In this document: positions 56,242-64,000 of the stretch, one piece after another
How the letters are laid out: each line of letters opens with the position of its first letter
Position numbering within the stretch: the first letter of the stretch is position 1
Origin: a virus
Lineage: Duplodnaviria; Caudoviricetes
Strand: one strand, 5' to 3'
Virus record (IMG/VR): IMGVR_UViG_3300023213_000432
Coordinates: 192,001 to 256,000 of that record
DNA: 64,000 nucleotides
Notes under the pieces: generated by a model
The model's database searches: none
Told to the model about the DNA's origin: nothing
Seen by the model: the letters and a program-made list of their open reading frames with translations, nothing else
Made by a program: the position numbers and the translations under genes

Positions 56242-57122
56242 TGGAAGAGCACAAAGTTTGCTTCAAATGTAAGCAATTAAAACATAAGAGCGAATATTCT
56301 CCAAGCAAATTTGCCTTGAAAAGTGGGTGGTGTAAATTTTGTGTCAGTGAAAGTGGCAAGAAGTATAGAGAGTCGCACAAAGAAGAGATCAAAGAAAGAG
56401 ATAAAAAATATCAAAAAAATCATAGAAAACAGCGCCAAGAATATAACAAACAATACAGAGAAATTAATAAAGATAAAATTAAAACACTACAAAAACAATA
56501 TCGAAAAGAAAATAAAGAAGCACTTAAAGTTCAAAACAAAAAATATTATGAAAAGAATAGAAAAGATATTATAAAATACAATCAAAAATATAATAATGAA
56601 CACCAAGAAGAGATAAAAGAATACAAGAAAAATTATTACCAGCAAAACAAAGAAGAAATACTCCATAAACAAAGACACTATCAAAAAGACAATAATGATA
56701 AAATAAATTTACGAATGCGCACTAGAAGAAAAAATGATCCATTATATAAGATGAGATGTTTTATATCTGCTTTGATAGGCAAAATTCTAAAGACTCGTGG
56801 TGGCTCTAAAAATGGTTCTTCCGTTTGGGATCATCTCTATTATGATAAAAACCAATTATGGTCTCATATTGAGAGCCAATTTGAGCCATGGATGAATAAA
56901 AATAATCAAGGGAAATATAATCCTGAAACATGGGACGACGATGATCCAAAAACTTGGAAGTGGCAACTTGACCATATTATTCCCAATTCAACATTTCACT
57001 ATACATCAATGGAAGATGAGGAGTTTAAGAAGTGTTGGGCGCTAACAAATCTTCGTCCCTACTCTGCCAAACAAAACATTCTTGACGGAACGAGTAGGGT
57101 AAGACACAAAAAGCAGTCTTGA
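56241..57122 (+). CDS. HNH-like putative homing endonuclease, copy 4
   Basis: CFKC...CKFC, long K/Y-rich repeats, WQLDHIIP...CWALTNLRP. Confidence 0.72.
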   Translation: MEEHKVCFKCKQLKHKSEYSPSKFALKSGWCKFCVSESGKKYRESHKEEIKERDKKYQKNHRKQRQEYNKQYREINKDKIKTLQKQYRKENKEALKVQNKKYYEKNRKDIIKYNQKYNNEHQEEIKEYKKNYYQQNKEEILHKQRHYQKDNNDKINLRMRTRRKNDPLYKMRCFISALIGKILKTRGGSKNGSSVWDHLYYDKNQLWSHIESQFEPWMNKNNQGKYNPETWDDDDPKTWKWQLDHIIPNSTFHYTSMEDEEFKKCWALTNLRPYSAKQNILDGTSRVRHKKQS

Positions 57123-57148
57123 TATATTGAATTTAGCAGAAAGTTCGC

Positions 57149-57946
57149 ATGTCCGAAGAATTCAGATTAAGTGTTTCCAAAACTAAGACTTTTTTATCTT
57201 GTAAGAAAAAGTTTCATTATACCTATATTCAGAAGCTTCCTAGAAAAGAGTGGTCATTTCATGTGCTTGGACATTTTTGTCATAAAACACTAGAATTATT
57301 TCATAACGCATACATCAAAGACAATTCTGTTCTTCCATTTAATGTAGAAATGGGCAAAGCATTTAATATTGCTTTTCAAGAATATGGTGCTAAAATGACG
57401 CCCAAAATGAAGCAAGAGTGTTATCAGCTCATCGATCAATATTTGAGGATCGTTTCTCATGACAAGGAAATTGGTAATACCATTAATGTTTTAGCTATGG
57501 AAAAGAAGTTCAGTTTTCCTATTGCTGATAATATCATTATTAATGGAGCCATTGACAAAATCCAATTGGATGCTGATAATATCTTGCACCTCGCCGATTA
57601 TAAAACTACTAAAGATAAAAGATTTCTGAAAGAAGATTGGTTTCAACTTCAAACGTATGGCTTTGTGATGTTGCAGGAAAATCCGGATTTGGAAAAAGTG
57701 CGATGTTCTTATATTTTGATGCGACATAATTTTGAGCATTTAACCAAAGAATTTTCTGCCAAAGAATTATGGGAAGTGAAGGATAAATATTTGGAATATG
57801 CCAAGCAGATGGAAGAAGAAACAGAATTTCCGGCTAATCCGACAGTTTTGTGTCAATACTGCGACCATCTTGATTTGTGTGTTCAAGGTAAAGAGATAGT
57901 GGATAAGATCAAGCCATCGTCAGTTTTTGGAGAAGTTTCTTGGTAA
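57149..57946 (+). CDS. PD-(D/E)XK (RecB/Cas4-like) exonuclease
   Basis: LSVSK....C, G..CH..LE, EKKF, GAIDK, DYKT, QL..Y, C..C..C. Confidence 0.88.
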   Translation: MSEEFRLSVSKTKTFLSCKKKFHYTYIQKLPRKEWSFHVLGHFCHKTLELFHNAYIKDNSVLPFNVEMGKAFNIAFQEYGAKMTPKMKQECYQLIDQYLRIVSHDKEIGNTINVLAMEKKFSFPIADNIIINGAIDKIQLDADNILHLADYKTTKDKRFLKEDWFQLQTYGFVMLQENPDLEKVRCSYILMRHNFEHLTKEFSAKELWEVKDKYLEYAKQMEEETEFPANPTVLCQYCDHLDLCVQGKEIVDKIKPSSVFGEVSW

Positions 57947-57962
57947 AGAAAAGAGGATAACA

Positions 57963-59210
57963 ATGGAAATTAAAGTCACGGAAATGGAAAGCTGCAAATT
58001 GAATGTGCATTGTGAAGCCAATGCCTTAGAAATCCTTGATAAACGGGGTGAAGTATTGAATATTTTCAAGAAAGCTCCCGTCAAAGGTTTTAGGCCTGGG
58101 CGCGGTTCTATTGAAGCTATTAAGATTCAATATAAAGACCAAATTGAAGACGCTTTAAAGAAAGCGTTAGCTGAAGATGCATATCATGAAGCGATCTTCC
58201 AACAGAAGCTTCGTCCTCATGGGTCTCCCAGATTTACCGCTATTTTGTTAGTTGATGGTAAATTCACTTGTGATTTTGAAATGCATACTAAACCGGATTT
58301 TGAATTGGCGCCCTATAAAAACATGGAAGTACCCAAACCTCACATGACAATAACAGAAACGGAATTAACGGAAAGAATGCTTCAAGAGCTTCGAGTCAAA
58401 TATGGAGATATTAGCCCTTACGCTGAACAAGATTTTGTCCAGCGTGGCGACAATATTTTGGTGGATTATGAAGGAACAATTGATGGCGTCAAAATTGATA
58501 CTTTGTGTGCTACTGGAGAAATGTTAACAGTGGGCGGTGGTCAATTAATATCTTTTGATGATAATTTGTTGGGAATGGCATTAGGAGAGTCACGAGAATT
58601 TGATTTGGTGGTACCCGCTAATGGTTTGCCCTCTTTGGTTGGAAAAACAATTCATTTCAAAGTTACTCTCAATATGGGTTCCAAAACTATTCCTTGTCCC
58701 TTAGACGACGAGCTGGCAAAAAAATTGGATAAGAATACCTACACAGAATTACGAGAATTTGTTAATTCGATATCCCAAGCTAAAGTGGCCGATATGTTTC
58801 GAAACGCAGTGGCTAATAGCGTGGCTACTAAAGTGATTGCGGATAATGCTTTTGCCGTGCCCAATTGGATGTCCTTGTCGGAAGCTCAGTATTTAGTACA
58901 TACCGCTAAGTTAGAATGGGATAAACTTCAAGATGTGGATAAGGAGAGTTATCTGGCTTTGGCTGAAAAGAATGTCAAGCTCTCTTTAATCCTCGATAAG
59001 ATCAGGGAAGAAGAGCCAGAAGCTCAACTTTCCGATCAAGAAGTATTTGAAATCATTAGAGAAAACTTGGCTGCCACTAAATTAGAAAAGCCAGTGAATG
59101 AGGTAATTGACACTATGAATAAAAGTGGCTATTTGCAAGTTTTAGCCGCTCGAATCAAAGACGAACAAGTGCTTGATTTTCTTGTCAAATCAGTTAAAAT
59201 TGTGGAGTGA
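57963..59210 (+). CDS. tig: Trigger factor (ribosome-associated chaperone/PPIase)
   Basis: KGFRPG ribosome-binding motif, GDNILVDYEGTIDG FKBP domain, FDDNLLGM..GE, LDDELAK, ~415 aa. Confidence 0.9.
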   Translation: MEIKVTEMESCKLNVHCEANALEILDKRGEVLNIFKKAPVKGFRPGRGSIEAIKIQYKDQIEDALKKALAEDAYHEAIFQQKLRPHGSPRFTAILLVDGKFTCDFEMHTKPDFELAPYKNMEVPKPHMTITETELTERMLQELRVKYGDISPYAEQDFVQRGDNILVDYEGTIDGVKIDTLCATGEMLTVGGGQLISFDDNLLGMALGESREFDLVVPANGLPSLVGKTIHFKVTLNMGSKTIPCPLDDELAKKLDKNTYTELREFVNSISQAKVADMFRNAVANSVATKVIADNAFAVPNWMSLSEAQYLVHTAKLEWDKLQDVDKESYLALAEKNVKLSLILDKIREEEPEAQLSDQEVFEIIRENLAATKLEKPVNEVIDTMNKSGYLQVLAARIKDEQVLDFLVKSVKIVE

Positions 59211-59215
59211 AAGTT

Positions 59216-59518
59216 ATGAAAAACCAAAGTGAATTTCCGGAAAAATGGAATAAAATATTAAGGGATTTGCCCGAATTCAAAGATATTGCGGAAGCAGCTA
59301 ATGCTGAAGAACTAAAAAAAATGATTGTCTTAGCAGAAGGTAATATCTACAATATCGAGCAAGAAAAAGAAAATGATAATAAATTGAATGCGGCTCGAGA
59401 ATTAGTGAAAGAACATTCTGCTCCCTATAGAGACGCTATGCGGACACAAACTGCCAAAATCAAGTATTGTTTGTTTTTGCTAGAAGGTAAGGGCACGGAA
59501 TTAGGCGACCAAGATTGA
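59216..59518 (+). CDS. Hypothetical coiled-coil protein
   Basis: Coupled ORF. Confidence 0.6.
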   Translation: MKNQSEFPEKWNKILRDLPEFKDIAEAANAEELKKMIVLAEGNIYNIEQEKENDNKLNAARELVKEHSAPYRDAMRTQTAKIKYCLFLLEGKGTELGDQD

Positions 59519-59793
59519 AAATTCTTCGTCATACTTCTTGCACTAGTTGCGGGGGCACTTCTGTTGCCATTCAATTAGACCGTCCCATAATGAAGGATCT
59601 TTTGGATAAACTAGTAGGAATGGGTTTTGTGGAAGCAACTCATTTCACAGCCGCAGGATTGCTTTATATGGAAGACATGGCATTAATCTTGACCGGGCCA
59701 TTTGGTTCCGATCGGCTTCAAGTTAAGTGCAAGATCCAAGATTGTGAAAAAAAGATCAATGATCTCGAAGCCTTACTTCAACAAATGGAGTAA
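59515..59793 (+). CDS. Hypothetical protein
   Basis: CTSC near the N-terminus. Confidence 0.55.
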   Translation: MKILRHTSCTSCGGTSVAIQLDRPIMKDLLDKLVGMGFVEATHFTAAGLLYMEDMALILTGPFGSDRLQVKCKIQDCEKKINDLEALLQQME

Positions 59794-59796
59794 TTC

Positions 59797-60393
59797 ATGC
59801 CAAAATCCGCTGTTAATGCTGAGATGCGTAAGTTGGCCAAGCACTTTGATCAAATTATGACGGCATTTCATGAAAGTGGGCACACTATTTGTGGACTTTT
59901 GCATGCTTTCAAGGTGGATGCAGTTGTCATCTTCGAACGTAAAAAAGACAAACGAATTGAAGGATTTACCCTCTATAATGACACACAACGGCATGATAAT
60001 AGGTGGTTAAACTCAGAGCTTCAAGTTTCATATGCAGGAATTGCAGCGGAACAGATTTTGTTCCAAAAACTATCTGGTTTTAATAAACTCCCCCTGTTCC
60101 TCAAAGAAGGATCTTCGGATGATATTGTTTCCGCGGGGCAACTCCTTCATAAACATAACGTTTGTCCGCCCGGCAGGAAACGTCTTCAATTCAAAAAGAA
60201 GATAATGGCGACTACCTCTCGTCAATTGACAAAATATTGGGATGACGTTATATTGGTGGCACATGCTTTGCTTCAAAATAAATGTCTCTATTTTCAAGAT
60301 TTGAAACATTTACTTACCAAAAAATCAAAGAATAAGAGGATTTGGCAAACACAGTTTCAAAAACTTTGTAACAACATTAACTGGTGTCCCTGA
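59797..60393 (+). CDS. Stand-alone FtsH-type (M41-like) zinc peptidase domain
   Basis: TAFHESGH, YAGIAAE, GSSDD, VAHALL. Confidence 0.75.
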   Translation: MPKSAVNAEMRKLAKHFDQIMTAFHESGHTICGLLHAFKVDAVVIFERKKDKRIEGFTLYNDTQRHDNRWLNSELQVSYAGIAAEQILFQKLSGFNKLPLFLKEGSSDDIVSAGQLLHKHNVCPPGRKRLQFKKKIMATTSRQLTKYWDDVILVAHALLQNKCLYFQDLKHLLTKKSKNKRIWQTQFQKLCNNINWCP

Positions 60394-60465
60394 TTTAACA
60401 CACCCAGCCTATTTATTGGGCTGTAGCGCTTTTGCATAAGCCAGCGTGATTAAATTAAACACTTT

Positions 60466-63400
60466 ATGAAAATCATGATTCCATTTGTAAGCCTCCATAA
60501 TCAAACCGATTTTTCTATTCTCGATTCCATCATTTCCGTCAAAAATTTATTTCAACGTGCCAAAGAGTTAGAGCAGCCAGCCATTGCGGTGGTGGAACAC
60601 GGCTCATTTGCAAGTGTATGGGATGCACTTAAAGCTTCTCGAGAAACGGGCGTTAAACTCATTACTGGATGTGAATTCTATTTCTTAGATGATGCAACTA
60701 AAACTGATGAGAAACTTCGTCATCTTGTTTTGTTAGCTAAGAATGCCATTGGTTATCGCAATGTTCTTATTCTTAATAAACTTGGTTTTGATCAACGGTT
60801 CTCCATTGGAAAACGAGTATATCCCATTATTGATTGGAAGATGTTGAAGGAGTATTCTGATGGAGTGATTTGTTTAACTGCTTGTGGTAATGGCATTATT
60901 TCTCAACTATTAATGAATCGACGTGTTGAAGAAGCAGAAAAGACTCTTCTTAAGTTGCGAGATATTTTTGGAGAAAATTTAGGAATCGAAGTTCAACCCA
61001 ATAATATGAAGCGAGGCTCCAACATCTTCAATGATGAAATCGATCAACAATTCCTTAATCGACGACTAATCGATTTGGGTAAAAAGCATGGAATCAAAAT
61101 TGTTCCTGCTTGTAATTCCCATTATCTTACAAAGGAAGAATCTGGTATTCACGATGTTCTTTTAGCTATTGGCTCTCATCAACCCATTTATTCTAACTAT
61201 CGTTTGAGATATCCAGTAGCGGATTTTTATTTGAAGTCGGGAGACGAAGTTAAGGCATTCTTTGCTAGAAATTATGGAGAAGAATTCGCCGTAGAAATTT
61301 GTGCTAATACGATGCATTTCGCTAATTTGTGCGAAACACCTGATTGGATTGATCCCAAATTTTCTAATCCTGCTGGTAAGGAACTTCCCGTGTTTCCGGT
61401 GAAGGATCAATCAGATTATTCAGAGTTTATAGAATGGATTAAAAGGCAACCGGACGAATCGCAAAAATTAAGTGAAGATAAACTATATTTGCGGTTCAAA
61501 TGCTATTCTAATTTCGAAACAAAAATTATTTCTAATAAAACATTTAATAACGATCAAATTGGTGAATATCGTAACAGGTTAAATGAAGAGATTGATGTAT
61601 TGGAATATCAGGACTTTAGTTCATACATGTTAATTGTTAGTGATTATATTAATTGGGCTAAAACCAATAATATTGCGGTGGGGCCGGGACGTGGATGTGT
61701 AGGCTCTGACACGTTAGTATTAGCTGATTCAGGCTTTAAAAAAATAATAGATATTAAAATTGGTGATTGTGTTTACACACACACAGGACAAAAAAAGAAA
61801 GTCCTTAATACATTTGAATTTGATATTAAAGATACTGAAAAGGTTCTTGAGATAAAAACACAAAAGAGTTGTGGTTCCATTACCTTGACTCGAGATCACA
61901 AGGTGCTGGGTATTAAAAATGTTCAATTCAATTCCATCTTGCCTAAAATAAAAAGAAATTGGAACCGAATCGGAGATCCTCAATGGATTCAGGCAAAAGA
62001 TTTATCAAAAAAAGATTTATTATGGATGACGTATCCTCAACCGATCGTGGATAGAAATTCAAAATGGAATGATAGTGACTTCGATTTGACTTCTTTTTGC
62101 ACTACAGGTGAAATAAAAAACGATCACATTCGCTATACAACTTGGAAACAACATCCGTTGTCAGTTAGGAATATATCAAAATTAATTGCTGTTCCCTATC
62201 CAACTCTTTTAAAAATAAAAAAGAATCTCTTTAATATAAGAAACAAAAATCTTGTTATTGAAAAACTAACTTCACTTTTGTCTGAAAAGGGACTATCCAT
62301 ATCTGATTGGATAAAATTAGATACGGCTACCTATATTGATTTATCTAAAACGATAATACTTGATGGTGATTTTTATAAATTTTTGGGATTATGGATAGGA
62401 GACGGATTTTTTATAAATCAACCTGGTAAAAAAGGAATTGGATTTTCTATTCATAGTGACGAGGTAGAACTTGCTTCCTTCATTCGACATTATATTAAAA
62501 AATATGGATTCAGAGCGTCTATCTACCGAAAGAAGAATGAAAAAGCACTTAAGATCGAAATAACCAATGAGCTGTTGTTTAAATTAGTAAAGTTTATGAT
62601 CAATGATTATCAAAATAGCTCCAATACAAAACATTTACCGTTCTTTTTTAGACAGCTTAATAAAAATAATCTTTGGCATCTACTAGAAGGCGTTTTTAAT
62701 GCTGATGGCAGCATTAATCGAAAGCAAACCAACGAGACTATCGCAACTACTAGTAAAAGACTTGCTCTCGAACTAAAGGAAGCGCTGCTCTTCATAAATA
62801 AAGCATCATCTATCTTAATGCCTAAAATTTATACAAAAGATGGCGCTAAAAGAAAGCAGGTTTTTGTAATTAATTTTTCTGCCATGTTTAGTGGTAATGT
62901 AAATGATAATACACATTTTTATAAAAAAGAAGGCTATTTTTGTCGAATAGCAGATATCAAAGAAAAGACTATCACTAAGGTATATGATATCGAAGTAGAA
63001 AGTGATCATTCATATTTAACTACTAACTTTGTTTCACATAATAGCGTTGGTGGTTCATTAGTTGCTTATTTATTAGATATTCATAAAGCCGATCCAATCA
63101 AATATGATTTAATTTTTGCTCGTTTTCAGAATAAAGAACGATGTTCGCCTCCCGATATCGATCAAGACATTTCAACAAATGGAAGGGATTCTGTTATTGA
63201 TTACATCACGGCTAAATATGGTGCGGATAATGTTGCTTCTATTTCTAATTTGAATAGATTGACGCCAAAAGTTTATGTGCGTGATGTAGCACGAGCGTGC
63301 GAATTGGGCGGAACCAAAGCGACTGCTGTTGAGATTGGCAATGCGGTTGCGGATATCATTCCAAAAGAAATTAAAGGCATCGAACAGTTTCAACAATTAG

Positions 63401-64000
63401 ATAAATTGCCGCTTTTTGTTGAATATGGTAAGCGCTATCCAGAATTGCTCAAATATAAATCACTATTGGGTAAAGTACGCAATTTTAGCACACATGCTGC
63501 CGCAATTGTGATCTCAAAACGTCCGCTTGTTGGATTGGTTCCGCTGCGAAAAGATAAGGATGGAACGTGGTCAATTGAATATGAAAAAGACACCACGGAA
63601 GCTAATGGACTTGTTAAAATGGATATTTTGGGACTTTCTAGTTTAGATTTAATTGAAAAAACTCTCTACTTAATTCAACAAAATGAAAAACCATTTCCAA
63701 CAGATTATATTAATTACGATACATATGATCAAAAAACTTATGATTTAATATCATCAGGCAACACATATGGAGTTTTTCAATTTGGAACAAGCACGGGCAC
63801 AATTGAATTATGTAAAAAAATAAACCCAAAAAATATCGAAGATCTTGCTATCATTACTACCTTGGCGCGGCCAGCCGCAGCTAATATTAGAGATGCGTTC
63901 ATTAAAACACGAAATGGCAAACTATCATTTAGTTTATTGCATCCTTCACTTAAAAACGCCTTTGAAAAAACGTTTGGGTTTGGTTTATTTGATGAATCTA
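60466..64000 (+). CDS. dnaE: DNA polymerase III alpha subunit, intein-containing, 3' truncated by the window edge
   Basis: PHP domain (LHNQTDFSILD, LLAKNAIGY, CNSHY), GPGRG|SVGGSLVAY, FARF, PDIDQD, HAAAIVI, KMDILGL, GVFQF. Confidence 0.96.
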   Translation, partial: MKIMIPFVSLHNQTDFSILDSIISVKNLFQRAKELEQPAIAVVEHGSFASVWDALKASRETGVKLITGCEFYFLDDATKTDEKLRHLVLLAKNAIGYRNVLILNKLGFDQRFSIGKRVYPIIDWKMLKEYSDGVICLTACGNGIISQLLMNRRVEEAEKTLLKLRDIFGENLGIEVQPNNMKRGSNIFNDEIDQQFLNRRLIDLGKKHGIKIVPACNSHYLTKEESGIHDVLLAIGSHQPIYSNYRLRYPVADFYLKSGDEVKAFFARNYGEEFAVEICANTMHFANLCETPDWIDPKFSNPAGKELPVFPVKDQSDYSEFIEWIKRQPDESQKLSEDKLYLRFKCYSNFETKIISNKTFNNDQIGEYRNRLNEEIDVLEYQDFSSYMLIVSDYINWAKTNNIAVGPGRGCVGSDTLVLADSGFKKIIDIKIGDCVYTHTGQKKKVLNTFEFDIKDTEKVLEIKTQKSCGSITLTRDHKVLGIKNVQFNSILPKIKRNWNRIGDPQWIQAKDLSKKDLLWMTYPQPIVDRNSKWNDSDFDLTSFCTTGEIKNDHIRYTTWKQHPLSVRNISKLIAVPYPTLLKIKKNLFNIRNKNLVIEKLTSLLSEKGLSISDWIKLDTATYIDLSKTIILDGDFYKFLGLWIGDGFFINQPGKKGIGFSIHSDEVELASFIRHYIKKYGFRASIYRKKNEKALKIEITNELLFKLVKFMINDYQNSSNTKHLPFFFRQLNKNNLWHLLEGVFNADGSINRKQTNETIATTSKRLALELKEALLFINKASSILMPKIYTKDGAKRKQVFVINFSAMFSGNVNDNTHFYKKEGYFCRIADIKEKTITKVYDIEVESDHSYLTTNFVSHNSVGGSLVAYLLDIHKADPIKYDLIFARFQNKERCSPPDIDQDISTNGRDSVIDYITAKYGADNVASISNLNRLTPKVYVRDVARACELGGTKATAVEIGNAVADIIPKEIKGIEQFQQLDKLPLFVEYGKRYPELLKYKSLLGKVRNFSTHAAAIVISKRPLVGLVPLRKDKDGTWSIEYEKDTTEANGLVKMDILGLSSLDLIEKTLYLIQQNEKPFPTDYINYDTYDQKTYDLISSGNTYGVFQFGTSTGTIELCKKINPKNIEDLAIITTLARPAAANIRDAFIKTRNGKLSFSLLHPSLKNAFEKTFGFGLFDES
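61696..63042 (+). mobile_element. Intein (449 aa) with LAGLIDADG endonuclease in dnaE
   Basis: Starts CVGSDT after GPGRG, LTRDHKV, FLGLWIGDG and LEGVFNADG, ends VYDIEVESDHSYLTTNFVSHN, +1 Ser. Confidence 0.95.

Noticed and set aside
57149-57946. Cas4-like gene as part of a CRISPR system
   Set aside because: No repeat-spacer array or other cas genes were seen; solo PD-(D/E)XK nucleases are common in phage replication regions.
59785-59796. GAGTAATTCA resembling the tnpB right end
   Set aside because: No preceding hairpin, and it ends in T not C; it is an ordinary stop/start junction.
60403-60423. CAGCCTA-TTTAT-TGGGCTG hairpin as an intrinsic terminator
   Set aside because: No adjacent U-tract; too weak to call.
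1608-63396. Numerous 60-140 aa ORF-track entries antisense to or overlapping long genes (e.g. 1608-, 2756-, 3583-, 8914+, 26481+, 37369+, 55437-, and all those inside dnaE)
   Set aside because: Shadow ORFs of well-supported genes, with no motifs.
1-64000. Genome-wide TAG (code 15) or TGA (code 4/25) reassignment
   Set aside because: Long conserved genes are intact under code 11, and both TAG and TGA end genes at family-typical positions. Only one in-frame TAG (32060) and one in-frame TGA (9935) were seen inside otherwise intact frames.

Overview
AT-rich, gene-dense segment that looks like part of a very large (jumbo/huge) tailed-phage genome using the standard bacterial code. The virus assignment is inferred from the gene mix: T4-like PNK and RNA ligase, Mre11/Rad50, dNMP kinase, DnaE, homing endonucleases and many host-like translation and stress genes. 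No capsid, terminase or portal gene is in the window. Layout: (1) 1-10.9 kb accessory genes (IscA, AAA ATPase, thioredoxin, PNK, DNA MTase, Rnl1, Hsp20, matrixin, two related tnpB elements, three copies of an orphan paralog family). (2) 10.9-29.8 kb nucleotide-sugar/glycosyltransferase/methyltransferase island (intein-split GDP-fucose synthase, two gmd-like genes, GT11 fucosyltransferase, MTase-GT2-GT6 fusion) invaded by HNH-like genes. (3) 30.5-32.6 kb tRNA module: Thg1-like gene, an aberrant tRNA-like element, tRNA-Thr, a PTH2-like gene with an in-frame TAG at codon 4, then two CUA (amber suppressor) tRNAs. (4) 32.9-34.1 kb third tnpB element splitting a gene. (5) 34-60 kb host-takeover and replication genes (IF3, RmlA, Dps-like, HU-like x2, DksA, ClpR/ClpP-like pair, FtsK, bS21, MT-A70, peptide deformylase, SbcCD, trigger factor). 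(6) 60.5 kb to end: DnaE with a LAGLIDADG intein. Top candidates for new biology are the amber-gated PTH2-like gene with its adjacent suppressor tRNAs, a histo-blood-group-A-like glycan pathway, and an intein at the catalytic Cys of GDP-fucose synthase. All assignments are from motif recognition by eye; no database searches or folding programs were run.
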